Program-made: the position numbers and the translations under genes
Notes under the pieces: generated by a model
Seen by the model: the letters and a program-made list of their open reading frames with translations, nothing else
Databases searched by the model: none
Told to the model about the DNA's origin: nothing
Virus record (IMG/VR): IMGVR_UViG_3300013823_000004
Source: an uncultured virus (IMG/VR IMGVR_UViG_3300013823_000004)
Lineage: Duplodnaviria; Heunggongvirae; Uroviricota; Caudoviricetes
Reading direction: 5' to 3' (one strand)
DNA: 36,881 nucleotides
Part shown: positions 1 to 9,837 of the stretch, in pieces
How positions within the stretch are numbered: the stretch's first letter is position 1
Layout of the letters: each line of letters begins with the position of its first letter

Positions 1-240
1 GACGGGCAGCGGCTTGATGCCCGTGCTTCCCTTCGGGGATGCCGCAAGGCCGAATGCCATCGCCATCGGCGCGACGGTCGCCACGGCGACCGCGGCAACC
101 TTGGCCGCCAGCTTGATCGAGACCGGCAACGGCGCCGCGGTGATGTCCGAGAACGCCGGCCCCGGAGCGTCGGCCGTCAGCACCTGCCCGCCGCCCGTCA
201 GCAGCCGGCGGCCGTCGCCAGTGAGCAGGTACTTCGTCAT
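1..240 (-). CDS. Putative tail-associated protein, 5' part only (runs off window)
   Basis: ATG at 240 overlaps the upstream stop (ATGA); open to position 1: MTKYLLTGDGRRLLTGGGQVLTADAPG..., Ala/Val-rich; not in the supplied ORF track. Confidence 0.7.
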   Translation of the reverse strand, partial: MTKYLLTGDGRRLLTGGGQVLTADAPGPAFSDITAAPLPVSIKLAAKVAAVAVATVAPMAMAFGLAASPKGSTGIKPLPV

Positions 241-764
241 GCGGGCCAGCCCTCCGTTACGTCATATGCAAGCGCCGCCGACAGGTCGGGCAGCGCGTCG
301 ATGGCTTCGTGGTGCGCGCGCTCCGCCGAGAAGCAGGCTTGAACGTGCGCGGTGATCGCACCCGCGATGCCTTGCAGCTCCACCGCCGTCAGGTAGACCC
401 AGCCGTTCTCGGCCTTGAAGTCCACGCCGTCCACCTGCGCCACCTGCATGGCGGCCAGGACCGAGGCGATGCGATTCTGGTCCTGCAGCGCTGTGGCCAC
501 TCGCACGCCGCCGAGCGTCAGCCCGCCCGTTTCGCGGGACCAGCGGCGGGCGGTAGCCGCTGCACGCAGCTTTTCCTTCACCACGGCCAGGTCTGGTGCG
601 GAGAGCTGCTCCTGCACCCATCCGCTGCGCCACACCACCCGGAAGCCGGTATCAGCGACCGGCGGCTCGGTGGGCGTGCAGCGCACAGGCAGCGGCCCAT
701 TCTCTTCACATTCAACCGTGCCAGCCGGAGCGCCCGTTTGGTCCCACAGATAGAAGGTCTTCAT
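237..764 (-). CDS. Tail fibre assembly/chaperone-like protein (DUF4376-like)
   Basis: RRW..ETGG..GVRVAT...DFKAENGWV.L...HVQACFSAE pattern; directly after the fibre gene with ATGA overlap. Confidence 0.75.
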   Translation of the reverse strand: MKTFYLWDQTGAPAGTVECEENGPLPVRCTPTEPPVADTGFRVVWRSGWVQEQLSAPDLAVVKEKLRAAATARRWSRETGGLTLGGVRVATALQDQNRIASVLAAMQVAQVDGVDFKAENGWVYLTAVELQGIAGAITAHVQACFSAERAHHEAIDALPDLSAALAYDVTEGWPA

Positions 765-1978
765 GCCTTGATGTACCCGGTGAGCCCCGCCCCGATACCC
801 GCGAGCGAAGGCGTGATGAACTGCGTTCCGGAGTCGTAGCTGTACTCGGGCAGCGAGCGGAACTGCACTCCGTTACCCACTGCCACGGCAGTGGTGTCCT
901 CGATGGCGAAGGCCGCCGTCGCATTGGTCAGCGCAGTGGAGATGGCGGTCCAGCTGGCCCCAGCATCGAACGAGTAGTAGCTGGTACCCGAGGTGGTGAC
1001 GATCACTGCCACAAGGGCCGACGTGCGAACGACGCCGGCCTGCGTGGTAGTCACGCCCGCCAACGTCGAACTCGTCCAGGTCGTGCCTCCGTCGATCGTC
1101 CGCAGGACCACGCCCGTGCTCGAGACGGCAATGGCGCGAGCCTCATCAAAGGCGCACGCGCCCCTGACATTGCTGAAGCTCGGAACAGTAATCGCGGTCC
1201 AGGTTGCCCCGCCGTCAGTGGTCCTGGCCGCCGAGGTGCCCGTGTTCGCAAATGCAACGGCAACGCTTGCGCTGAACCGAACCGTCCGCCTGGCGTCCGC
1301 CATAGCCGCGGCGCCTGCGCCGAACGAGGAACCCCCATCGGTGCTCAGTCGGCCGGTGCTGCTGTCACCGGTGAGATAGATGCGCGACGCCGTGAACACG
1401 GTGATGGTCCGCAGGGCATTCGTGGTGCCACTGGAAACGGCGGTCCACGTCGCACCGCTATCCACGCTGCGCAGAACTACGCCTGCCTGGCCACACGCGA
1501 TAACCACAGTACTGGACGCGCGGGCCACCGCCAGCAGGTTCCCCGCAACGGTGATCTGAACCCAGTTCACACCGCCATCCGTGGTACGCCAGACCACGTT
1601 GTTGCCTACGGCCACGGCAACGCGCTCAGTGATCCAGCACGCATCGTTGATCGCGGTGGTGATCCCGGTGGTAGGTGTCTGGGCTGCCCAGTTGCGGCCC
1701 GGCGGAACATCGCCGATCAACCCCACCAGCCCGTAGAGGTCAGGGTATGCCGATTGGCTGTAAACGGTGCCCAGCCTAAGCCAACCGGCTCCCGGGTTAC
1801 GGGCCGAAACCAGCGTATCGCCGGTCTTCGCGCCGGAGCCGGCCATCGCCAGGATCGCGGCGATGGTGGTGCGCAGCGTGGAGTCCTGACCCGTGCCGCG
1901 CTGGACCGCGACCACCTCGGCCCCGGTCAGCGCCCCGGCATCGGGCAGCCCATTGAAGTCGGTGCCCATGTCGGCCAT
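761..1978 (-). CDS. Tail fibre/receptor-binding protein: tail-collar domain plus Asp-box (BNR) beta-propeller
   Basis: Collar motif GWLRLGTVYSQSAYPDLY...YIKA; six (S/T)xD(G/S/A)Gxx(W/F) repeats. Confidence 0.8.
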   Translation of the reverse strand: MADMGTDFNGLPDAGALTGAEVVAVQRGTGQDSTLRTTIAAILAMAGSGAKTGDTLVSARNPGAGWLRLGTVYSQSAYPDLYGLVGLIGDVPPGRNWAAQTPTTGITTAINDACWITERVAVAVGNNVVWRTTDGGVNWVQITVAGNLLAVARASSTVVIACGQAGVVLRSVDSGATWTAVSSGTTNALRTITVFTASRIYLTGDSSTGRLSTDGGSSFGAGAAAMADARRTVRFSASVAVAFANTGTSAARTTDGGATWTAITVPSFSNVRGACAFDEARAIAVSSTGVVLRTIDGGTTWTSSTLAGVTTTQAGVVRTSALVAVIVTTSGTSYYSFDAGASWTAISTALTNATAAFAIEDTTAVAVGNGVQFRSLPEYSYDSGTQFITPSLAGIGAGLTGYIKA

Positions 1979-1979
1979 A

Positions 1980-2429
1980 TCAGTCCACCGTCACGTTGAT
2001 GGTTGCGGGGTCGAACTTCGGCGCGATGCCGGGCGAGACCGCCAGCGATGCCGGATCATCGAACGCGCCATGCCACAGCAGCTTTCCAGCGCCTGCCGCG
2101 GCGGTGCCGATGCCGATGTGCGTGATCGTGCTGGCGCCCGATGTGCAGGCCGGGAACTGCACCGCGGCGGTGTTCGACGCGACGCTGCCGGTGATGGTCC
2201 AGCCGCCCGCGGTGCGCGCGACGCCGACGCGGGCATAGCCGCCATAGGCCGCCTCATTCGTGGCCTGGTTGCCGGCCTCGCCCGGGTCTGCGGTGTGCAG
2301 GCTCACGTACAGCGAGCCGGCGGCAGCAGAGCCCAGCAGGCCGGCGGCGTCGCCCAGGCCGGTGAGGGCCGTGTTGTTGAACAGCAGGGCCAGAAGGCCG
2401 TTTTCGAGGGTGTCGGTGGCTGCGGTCAT
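1980..2429 (-). CDS. Small tail fibre-associated structural protein
   Basis: LYVSLHTADPGEAG...E..YGGYARV motif typical of phage tail proteins; GAGGA RBS before ATG 2429. Confidence 0.75.
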   Translation of the reverse strand: MTAATDTLENGLLALLFNNTALTGLGDAAGLLGSAAAGSLYVSLHTADPGEAGNQATNEAAYGGYARVGVARTAGGWTITGSVASNTAAVQFPACTSGASTITHIGIGTAAAGAGKLLWHGAFDDPASLAVSPGIAPKFDPATINVTVD

Positions 2430-2442
2430 TGTTTCCTCGTGC

Positions 2443-2469
2443 AAAAAGAAGGCCCGCTTGCGCGGGCCT
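2443..2469 (-). terminator. Intrinsic terminator after the tail tip gene
   Basis: AGGCCCGC-GCAA-GCGGGCCT followed by TCTTTTT on the minus strand. Confidence 0.8.
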
Positions 2470-2475
2470 GGTGGG

Positions 2476-5400
2476 TTACTTGATGTAGGTGAATCCGCTG
2501 GTGTCGTTCCATGGCACCGGGTCGTTCAAGGTGGCGAGGTAGTCCGTCAGGTCGTCAACGGCGGCCTTGTATGCGTCGAACTGTTCCGTCGCCTCGGACA
2601 GCTGCGCCTCGGCCTCGATCCCCGGCAGCTCGTTGAGCAGTGCCTGGTAGTCCCGGATCAGCTGCGGCTTCTCGTCGGCCGAGATGATCGAGTCCGACAG
2701 AATCGTGTTGATTCGCTCCTGCGCCGCAGCCACCGCCGCCTGCCTGGCTGCCCGCTCTGCATCGATCTGCTGCTGACGCTGCAGGGCTTCGGCAGCGATC
2801 TGGTCGGCACGGTCAGACGCTTCCTTGGCATCCCCCTCGAATCGCAGCCGGTTGGCCTCATCGATCTGGCGCTGCAGCTCGATCAGCTTCTCGGTCGTAC
2901 CCTCGGGGTCCAGGTCATCGATGATCTCGCCCAGGTTGGGGCCGAACGTCCTTGTCACCGTGCGCATGCCCTCGGACAGCTGCCCGGCCGTGTTGCGCGA
3001 TCGACATGCGATGGTCCACTCGCCTGCCGCCGGGAGCACGCTCTCGAACGGCGCCGTGTAATACCCCGACTCCCCCAGCGGGGTCATCGTGTTCCAATCC
3101 GGCACCGGGGCATTGCCGGCCGTGTAGCGGATCTCCACGCCCGCGAAGTCCGGCGAGCGCATCGTGTCCGCCAGCCAGCCCCAGGTGTATACGCGGACGC
3201 CACCACTACGCTCGACCACGTCGAACAGATCCACCAGCACTGGAGGGAGCCCAGCCCCCCCGGTGGTGTAGACCGCCTGCACTGCAACGCCGGCCTCGCC
3301 ATCGGGCGAGAACGGCCGCACGACGATGGTGTACGTGCCTGGCTCGTTGATGCGCCAGGTCGCCGTCCGTGTCACCGTCTGAGCCACGTCCTGCAGCTCG
3401 CCGCCGGCGCCGGCCGCCCGAACCACCGTTGCCCCCACAGGCCCGGTCACGTCGAACGTGGCCGTCAGCTCGGTGAATGTGGTGTTGCCCTGGACGATCT
3501 GGGCCTCGCTGATCCGGAGGTTGCTGGCCACCGGCCGGGTCTGCAGGAGCGATTGATTCGGCGCCGGGATGTAGTGCCCGGTGAGCACGTAGTCCCAGAA
3601 CTCCGGCCCCTCCGGCACAACCCGCACCGCGGCGCCCTTCAAGTCTGGCTCCGGCTCGATGCTGGTCACGCGCACCCGATAGCCCGGCGTCTGCCGGAAG
3701 TCGTAGACCCAGATGGTGTCGTGGGCCGGGTTGTCCGGATCGGCCCCGGGGATCGCGGCATCTGCCGGCCACGGATCGGCCAGCGTGATGCTGTTGCTCG
3801 TGCCGCTGAACGGCTGCACGCGCAGCACCCGGTACACCCGCTCGCCGGGGATGCGCAGCCCGATGTACGCGTTGCCGGCCGCCGGCGCCGGTACGGGCTC
3901 GTCCAGTAGCAGCGTCATCGCGCCGACGGTACCGCTGGCGCCCTGGACACGCCCGCCGTAGCCCCACTGCGTGAGGTCGTGCTGCAGGGCCAGCAGCGAC
4001 AGCCGCTGGTAGCTCAGGTGCTCGATGTCCGTGCTGTAGCCGATGTCCTTGTACTGGTACAGGTGCTGGGCCAGATGCCAGCGCGCGGCTCGGGCCGCGT
4101 GCTGCTCCGTGCTCACGCCCTCCCCTGACACCTGGGCCGGGTTGAGCATGATGTCCACACCCGGCGCCGGCACCCGCAGGGTCTTGGCCTGCCAGTCGGT
4201 CGAGTCGATGTACGTGTACTCGATGCCGTCCGCGGCGTTCGCCAGCGTGTAGTCGACCTGGAACGTGCCCTTCTTGATCGTCGGCATGGCGACGACGCCG
4301 GACAGCGGCTGTTCCTGCGCTGCCCAGACCACGCCCAGCCGCCCACCGGCCCAGGTGATCTCGCCGAAGCCCGCGCGCGCGATGGCGGCCAGCACGTCGG
4401 TGTGGCTGCGCGCCTCCTTCACGTAGAAATCGTAGGTGTAGCCGTTGGCGGCGCAGTGCAGGCCGAACGCCTTCCACGACTCGATGTCGATCTGAGCGTC
4501 CGCCAGGGCCATGCCCGCCAGCAGGCGCGATCCGGCCCAGATGCCGCGCGCGTACGCCAGGCACTGCGCGCCCGGGTTGCTGCTTTCCTTGGTGACCCAG
4601 CCGGTGCCGCTCCACTCCGGAATCGGCGCCGCGAAGGCGACGCCCCGCAGCTCGTCCGGCGAGCCATTGAGCTGGCCGGTGGCCTTGATCCGCACGCCGC
4701 TGCGCGCGATTCCGGTGTAGTCGGCGTCATCCGCCTGCACCGATGTGAGCTGGGTCCACTGGAAGTCGTTCTTCTGGGTGTTCTTGCCCTCGTAGTTGCC
4801 CTGGCCCAGCATGCGCACGCGCACGTCGTACTGCCCGCGCGCGACATCCCGGGCCAGGGTGGCGCGGCGCACATCGAATCGGTCGGAGCGGAACGTCTGC
4901 GACGCCAGCGGCTGCCAGTTCGTCGTGCCCACCGGGCGGTACTGCGCTTCGACGGTCTCCGAGACGTAGTAGCTCTTGCCGCTGGTGCCGGTGCCGCCGA
5001 GGACGTATTCCAGGTTGATCTGGATGCGCACCGTGTCGGCGCTGGTGGTGCGCTCTACCCACGCCTTGTCCTTGGTCAACTCCGCGCCGTCGATGGTGTC
5101 GGCGTTGCTGTACAGCGGGATGGTCTGCTCCGGCATCTGGCTGTAGCCAGCGTGGTAGACCTGCACGCCGTCGTAGTTCGACAGGGGCGTGTCGCCGTTG
5201 TACAGGGCCTCGATGCGGCCCACGTTGATGCCGGCCGACAGCAGCAGGCCGAGGAATTGATCGTTGCCCTCGTACCAGGTGTATGGCTTGCTCAGCAGGT
5301 CCGGGGTGATCTGCACCCGGCCGAACAGCAACGGGTACGGCTCGTATAGCCGCAGCTGGTTGCGCGCGCCGCTGATCGAATGCACCGGGTCTTGCTGCCG

Positions 5401-5856
5401 GTTGTCCACCTTCGGCTGCTTGGGTGCCAGCACCTTGTTGATGAGCATCGATCCGGCCATGTAGACGCCGGCTGCAGCCAGGGCGCCCCAACTGCCCGCC
5501 ACCGCCCCGGCGCCCCACATGCCAGCCGTGGCGCCGCCAAAGCCGAACGTGAAATAGGTCAGGGCCAGCACGGCGACGAGCGCCAGCGCGGAACGGCCGA
5601 CACCGCCGCGGACCTCGATCACCTGCCCCTGCTTCGGGTAGACGTGGTGCCACAGGTGCCGCTCGACCGACCGGCCGCCGATGCACACCTCCCATCGCTG
5701 CCCGTCCAGCTCCGGCACGTTGCGCTGCAGGATGGCGTACAGGCTCTCGCCGGCGCGCGCCTCCCACACAACGTTCCGCTGGCCGTCCAGCATCAGCGGA
5801 TGCGGGGTCACGATCAGCTGGCCCGGCCCCAGCGGCGGTTGTTGCATCACGCCCAT
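2476..5856 (-). CDS. Tail tip/host-specificity protein J with a gpI-like N-terminus (start may be 5847)
   Basis: 1126 aa; GARNQLRLYEPYPLLFG, YDVRVR, SSNPG motifs; FnIII-like C-terminal part; position after NlpC/P60. Confidence 0.88.
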   Translation of the reverse strand: MGVMQQPPLGPGQLIVTPHPLMLDGQRNVVWEARAGESLYAILQRNVPELDGQRWEVCIGGRSVERHLWHHVYPKQGQVIEVRGGVGRSALALVAVLALTYFTFGFGGATAGMWGAGAVAGSWGALAAAGVYMAGSMLINKVLAPKQPKVDNRQQDPVHSISGARNQLRLYEPYPLLFGRVQITPDLLSKPYTWYEGNDQFLGLLLSAGINVGRIEALYNGDTPLSNYDGVQVYHAGYSQMPEQTIPLYSNADTIDGAELTKDKAWVERTTSADTVRIQINLEYVLGGTGTSGKSYYVSETVEAQYRPVGTTNWQPLASQTFRSDRFDVRRATLARDVARGQYDVRVRMLGQGNYEGKNTQKNDFQWTQLTSVQADDADYTGIARSGVRIKATGQLNGSPDELRGVAFAAPIPEWSGTGWVTKESSNPGAQCLAYARGIWAGSRLLAGMALADAQIDIESWKAFGLHCAANGYTYDFYVKEARSHTDVLAAIARAGFGEITWAGGRLGVVWAAQEQPLSGVVAMPTIKKGTFQVDYTLANAADGIEYTYIDSTDWQAKTLRVPAPGVDIMLNPAQVSGEGVSTEQHAARAARWHLAQHLYQYKDIGYSTDIEHLSYQRLSLLALQHDLTQWGYGGRVQGASGTVGAMTLLLDEPVPAPAAGNAYIGLRIPGERVYRVLRVQPFSGTSNSITLADPWPADAAIPGADPDNPAHDTIWVYDFRQTPGYRVRVTSIEPEPDLKGAAVRVVPEGPEFWDYVLTGHYIPAPNQSLLQTRPVASNLRISEAQIVQGNTTFTELTATFDVTGPVGATVVRAAGAGGELQDVAQTVTRTATWRINEPGTYTIVVRPFSPDGEAGVAVQAVYTTGGAGLPPVLVDLFDVVERSGGVRVYTWGWLADTMRSPDFAGVEIRYTAGNAPVPDWNTMTPLGESGYYTAPFESVLPAAGEWTIACRSRNTAGQLSEGMRTVTRTFGPNLGEIIDDLDPEGTTEKLIELQRQIDEANRLRFEGDAKEASDRADQIAAEALQRQQQIDAERAARQAAVAAAQERINTILSDSIISADEKPQLIRDYQALLNELPGIEAEAQLSEATEQFDAYKAAVDDLTDYLATLNDPVPWNDTSGFTYIK

Positions 5857-6239
5857 GCGTAGTAGCCCTCTATCCTCAGCCCGAAGTCGGGCAGCTCGCG
5901 CACGCGGTGCAGCACGCTGCAGCCGTTGCGCCCGTTCGTGTGGAGTACCCAGCCCTCGTAGGCCAGGAAAAAGAAAACCCCGGCATGGCCGGGGCGCTTC
6001 TGTCCGTGTTCGACCATCAGGACGAGATCCCCGTCCTGTGGCGTGTCCGTTCGTCGTCCATAGGGGCGCGACAGCTCCCCAAGGGCCGCCTGCCCCTCCA
6101 CGCCCCGCGGTCGACGCCCTGGAAGCGGAACCGTGCGGCCGAACAACGCCCGTTGGACCAGCACCACCAGGTCGGCACAGTCGAACTCCCGCTCGTCGTA
6201 CGGGATGGCGACGAATCGCTCCACATCGGCCAGGCGCAT
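5847..6239 (-). CDS. NlpC/P60 tail tip protein (gpK C-terminal-like)
   Basis: PY...FDCADLV...GDLVLM...HAGV...LH motif; TGATG overlap with the upstream gene. Confidence 0.85.
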   Translation of the reverse strand: MRLADVERFVAIPYDEREFDCADLVVLVQRALFGRTVPLPGRRPRGVEGQAALGELSRPYGRRTDTPQDGDLVLMVEHGQKRPGHAGVFFFLAYEGWVLHTNGRNGCSVLHRVRELPDFGLRIEGYYAWA

Positions 6240-6700
6240 CAGAACGCCCCCGGGGCGGTGAAGGGCGTGTACCGCAGCCGCACCGCCTGTTGGCGCATGA
6301 TCGCGTCGTAGCCGCACTGCGCCGTCGCCGTCCTGGCGTTGACCGACACCTGCGTCAACGGCAGCAGGAATGCGCGCTCGATGAGGTTGGGGTCGGCCCG
6401 GTCGCTCAACAGCAGCCGGGCCATCACCACGTCGCCGGGCAGCAGCCGTTCCAAGTCCTCCGTGATGCCGCGGCCCACGTTGTCCATGGTCAGCACCGCC
6501 CGCGGCGTCTGGCCGCCCACGTCGCTGGGCAGCTTGAACCCGAACGGCACGCCGACGTACTCGATGCCGTTGCTCGTCCAGTTCTGCGTGTCGTTGACCA
6601 GCCGCAGAGTCTCGCCGAACGAGGGGGCGGTGATCTCCAGGAACAGCAGCGTTCCGGCCGTGTCGGTGACACGCTGCCGGCGCTCGGTGAAGGTCGTCAT
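6239..6700 (-). CDS. Minor tail protein (DUF1833-like, gpL position)
   Basis: LRLVNDT...Y.GVPF.F.LP...LTMDNV...YTP..APG.F. Confidence 0.8.
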   Translation of the reverse strand: MTTFTERRQRVTDTAGTLLFLEITAPSFGETLRLVNDTQNWTSNGIEYVGVPFGFKLPSDVGGQTPRAVLTMDNVGRGITEDLERLLPGDVVMARLLLSDRADPNLIERAFLLPLTQVSVNARTATAQCGYDAIMRQQAVRLRYTPFTAPGAF

Positions 6701-7053
6701 CGCTGGTACTCCATGATGACCGTCCGGCTGGCGATGTAGAACGCCGGCCCCAGCGGGACGAGCGTGCCGATGCTGCCGCCCTCAAAGCGGGCCGTGATCG
6801 TCGCACCCGTCCTTGGGTGCTTGATCTGGAACCAGCCGATGCGCTTGATGGTGTCGAAGTACCAGGACTCAAACGATGCGATGTCCGCCTTCTTCCGGAA
6901 GAGGATCGTCGCGCTTACATTCGCCATGACCTGCGTATTCACCAGGCGCTGCTTGGGTACACCCCGCTCCATGTCGGTGCGCTCCACCGCCGGATCGAAC
7001 GACTCCGTGAAGCCATCCGCCAGGATGTGCGCATAGCTCGGAAAATCAGCCAA
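6697..7053 (-). CDS. Minor/distal tail protein (gpM position)
   Basis: RTDMERGVPKQR and FESWY...GWF motifs; immediately after the tape measure gene; TTG start. Confidence 0.75.
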   Translation of the reverse strand: MADFPSYAHILADGFTESFDPAVERTDMERGVPKQRLVNTQVMANVSATILFRKKADIASFESWYFDTIKRIGWFQIKHPRTGATITARFEGGSIGTLVPLGPAFYIASRTVIMEYQR

Positions 7054-9763
7054 GTTGATCCCTCCATCCGTATCGGCTCTTGCCGGCCTGGGCCACCCTG
7101 CCGCCCGAGGCCACGTCGTCGGCCACTGTGTCGAGAATGAGCCGGATCAGCTGGCTGCCGTCCGGCTGTTGCTCCGCCGACGCCGTGGCCTTCACCGGTT
7201 GCCCCTTGTTGATCACCTCGACCTTGACCGACGGTGCGCCACCGCCGGCAGCGGAGACGCCCAGGCGTCCGTCCGGGCCGCGACGGAGCGGCATGATCGC
7301 CTCCGGCCCCGCTTCTCCGAACACGCCGGCACCCTTGGCGAACGCGAACAGGTGCGGGCTGTCGTACACCCCGCCGGAATAGGCCGACAGGCTGGGCGAG
7401 TTGTAGGCGCCGCCCTTGGCGTTGGGGATCAGCTGCCCCATCAGGCCCGCGGTGATGCTCTGCGTTCCGCCACTGACGAGCGCATTCCCCGCCGCGGTGG
7501 TGCCGCCGAACAAGCCGGCCAGGGCATTGCCGAGTACGCCCGTGATCATCTGCCGTGCAGCGATGCGCGCCAGGTCCGCGATGATCGAATCCGCCAACTC
7601 CGAGAACGACAGCTTCCCGGTCTGGACGAAGCGCACGATGGCATCCTCCGCTCCCTGGAAGGCGTTGGCGAACAGATCGCTGGACTGGCCTGCAACGTCC
7701 GCGGTAGCCGCCATGTAGTCCTCCAGCGCGGCATTGGCGCCAACGCGCCAGTCGCCCATCAGCGCCAACCGCCGCTGCTGAAACTCCCTCTCCGCGTCCA
7801 GCATCCGTTCGCGGCTCGCACGCAGCTCCTGTTCCTGCCGACGCCACTCTTCCGAGTCGGCGGCCACGCCCCGGTCGCGGATCTGCTTCAACCCCTCCTC
7901 ATACTCCCGCTGGATGTCCAACTGCCTGCGCAGCATCTCGACGGCATCACCGCCCCGCCCGTACGACAGCAGATCGATGGTGTTGGCACGAAGCCGGTTC
8001 TCCTCGGAGACCCGAATCTGCGCCTGTAGCCGCTGCAGCTGTTCCGTGGCCCGCGCCTCCTTCTCCTTGGCGTCCACCAGCTGGCCGGTCGCGTCCAGCT
8101 GCTTGAGCAGTTGGTTGATCGCCTCGCGGCGCTCAGGCGCGGCCTTGGCGCCCAGGTCGAGCAGTTCCTGTTCCACCTGGATGCGCAGGCGCTGGCTGGT
8201 CGTCAACTTCGCCTCCGCCTGCAACTGCTCGGTGTTCAGGGCGATCTGCTGCTTGATCCGCTGCGCCAGTGCCACGGTCGGGTCGGTCGACTTGCGCCCC
8301 TTCGACTCCGCCTCGGCGAACCTCTTGCGGGAGGCGGCGATCTGCCGATCGACATCCTCCTGCGACTTTCCCAGCGCCTTGGCGGTCGCAATGATCCGCG
8401 CCTCCTCGGCCAGCTGCTTCTCGCGCTTGCTGAGGTTCTGGCCGACCCACCGATCCCACTCCTCCTGGGCCTTCTTGCGTTCCTCTCGGGCCTTGGTCTC
8501 CTTTGGACCTACCGGCTCGCTTCCGTCAGCTTCAACGCCAGCCCAGATGACTTTCGGCGGCTCCGCCGTATTCGCCGGCTGGGCCCGATACATGTCCCTG
8601 GCAAAGTTGAACGCCCCCAGGGGACCGGCCTTCTGCAGCCAGGATCGTCCCTTGAACTGCTCTTGAGTAGCGGCGAGGAATTCCGCGAAATCTTTGACTT
8701 CTGCCCAGGCGGCGGAGGTCTGCTCCCTGAGATCGCTCCACATATTTGCGAGATGTGGCCTGGCCGCCTCTGCTGCGGCGGCAACATCGCCCAAGTGCTC
8801 CTTGTAGATTTCGGTGGCTACCGCTGCGGCCTTCGTTTCGTTGCCCTCCGCGATCAGAGCATCGACGCGTGCAAGCTGCGCGCGGGTGAGGAAGTGCTCG
8901 GTCTCGTTCAGTTTCAGCAGCGCATCTACCGGAGACTTCGCAATCTGCTCGAACTTTGAGATGGTGTCCTCAATGCTCTGGCCGGTGGCGGCCTGCATCC
9001 TGGCGGCCGACTCGGCAACCTGCAGGAACTCGTTGCTTGCGAACCGCCCCGACGCTGCAACGGCGGTGAGGGCTTCAACAGCTCCGCCATGCGTCACGGA
9101 CTGCAGGCTTGCCAGTTCCTCAACAAGACCCCGGAACTGGCCGGCGCTCGCACCTGCATAGTCACCGGTGGTGGCGAGCGCAGTATTGAATGCCTGCTGC
9201 TCGTCTGCGCCTTGCTTCCAAGCTACCGCGAGCGTCGCAAGGACGCCTACGGCAATCGTCGCGGGGTTGATCATCGCGGATAGCTGCGCAGCCAATGCCT
9301 GCACTGCCGGCACGGTCCCGCCGAACATGTCTTTCAACTGGCCGCCCTGCTGGAGCAGGACCGTCATCGGCCGCTGGCCGCCCTGCAGGGAGACGAAGAT
9401 GTCGGTGATCTGCGCGGGGACACCCCGCATTGCGGCCTGCTGTTGCTTGAGGCTGATTCCCTGCCTCTCGACCTCGGCTGTGTTCCGCGCGAGCCGGCGC
9501 GTGATCTCGTCCAGCAGCGGGCCGCTGGTCCGCAGGGCAGCAGCGTATGCGATCTGCTGCTGCTTGTTCATGTTGACGACATCGGCCTGCTTGATCAGGC
9601 TGTCGATGCGTCGCTTCTCGGCGCTGGCCAGCTGCTGGTACTGCTGCTGCGCGGACGTGGACATGTCAGACACAGCACGCTTTGCGGCGGTGACTGCTGA
9701 ATCGAACTGCGACGTATCGACGGTTACATCGATGCGTGCGGTACCGATGGCGGAATCGTTCAC
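7046..9763 (-). CDS. Tail tape measure protein (lambda gpH family)
   Basis: QITDIFVSLQGGQRPMTVLLQQGGQLKDMFGG N-terminal motif, long Ala/Gln/Glu helical body, GEAGPEAIMPL C-terminal motif; GTG 9763 with AAGGA RBS. Confidence 0.93.
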   Translation of the reverse strand: MNDSAIGTARIDVTVDTSQFDSAVTAAKRAVSDMSTSAQQQYQQLASAEKRRIDSLIKQADVVNMNKQQQIAYAAALRTSGPLLDEITRRLARNTAEVERQGISLKQQQAAMRGVPAQITDIFVSLQGGQRPMTVLLQQGGQLKDMFGGTVPAVQALAAQLSAMINPATIAVGVLATLAVAWKQGADEQQAFNTALATTGDYAGASAGQFRGLVEELASLQSVTHGGAVEALTAVAASGRFASNEFLQVAESAARMQAATGQSIEDTISKFEQIAKSPVDALLKLNETEHFLTRAQLARVDALIAEGNETKAAAVATEIYKEHLGDVAAAAEAARPHLANMWSDLREQTSAAWAEVKDFAEFLAATQEQFKGRSWLQKAGPLGAFNFARDMYRAQPANTAEPPKVIWAGVEADGSEPVGPKETKAREERKKAQEEWDRWVGQNLSKREKQLAEEARIIATAKALGKSQEDVDRQIAASRKRFAEAESKGRKSTDPTVALAQRIKQQIALNTEQLQAEAKLTTSQRLRIQVEQELLDLGAKAAPERREAINQLLKQLDATGQLVDAKEKEARATEQLQRLQAQIRVSEENRLRANTIDLLSYGRGGDAVEMLRRQLDIQREYEEGLKQIRDRGVAADSEEWRRQEQELRASRERMLDAEREFQQRRLALMGDWRVGANAALEDYMAATADVAGQSSDLFANAFQGAEDAIVRFVQTGKLSFSELADSIIADLARIAARQMITGVLGNALAGLFGGTTAAGNALVSGGTQSITAGLMGQLIPNAKGGAYNSPSLSAYSGGVYDSPHLFAFAKGAGVFGEAGPEAIMPLRRGPDGRLGVSAAGGGAPSVKVEVINKGQPVKATASAEQQPDGSQLIRLILDTVADDVASGGRVAQAGKSRYGWRDQLG

Positions 9764-9778
9764 GAGCTTTCCTTTAAC

Positions 9779-9808
9779 GACAAAACCCGCCGGATGGCGG
9801 GTTTTGTC
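9779..9808. terminator. Bidirectional intrinsic terminator closing the moron
   Basis: Perfect 13-bp inverted repeat GACAAAACCCGCC-GGAT-GGCGGGTTTTGTC. Confidence 0.8.
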
Positions 9809-9837
9809 ATGAGTAGGGTTATCTAATCCAAGGTGAT

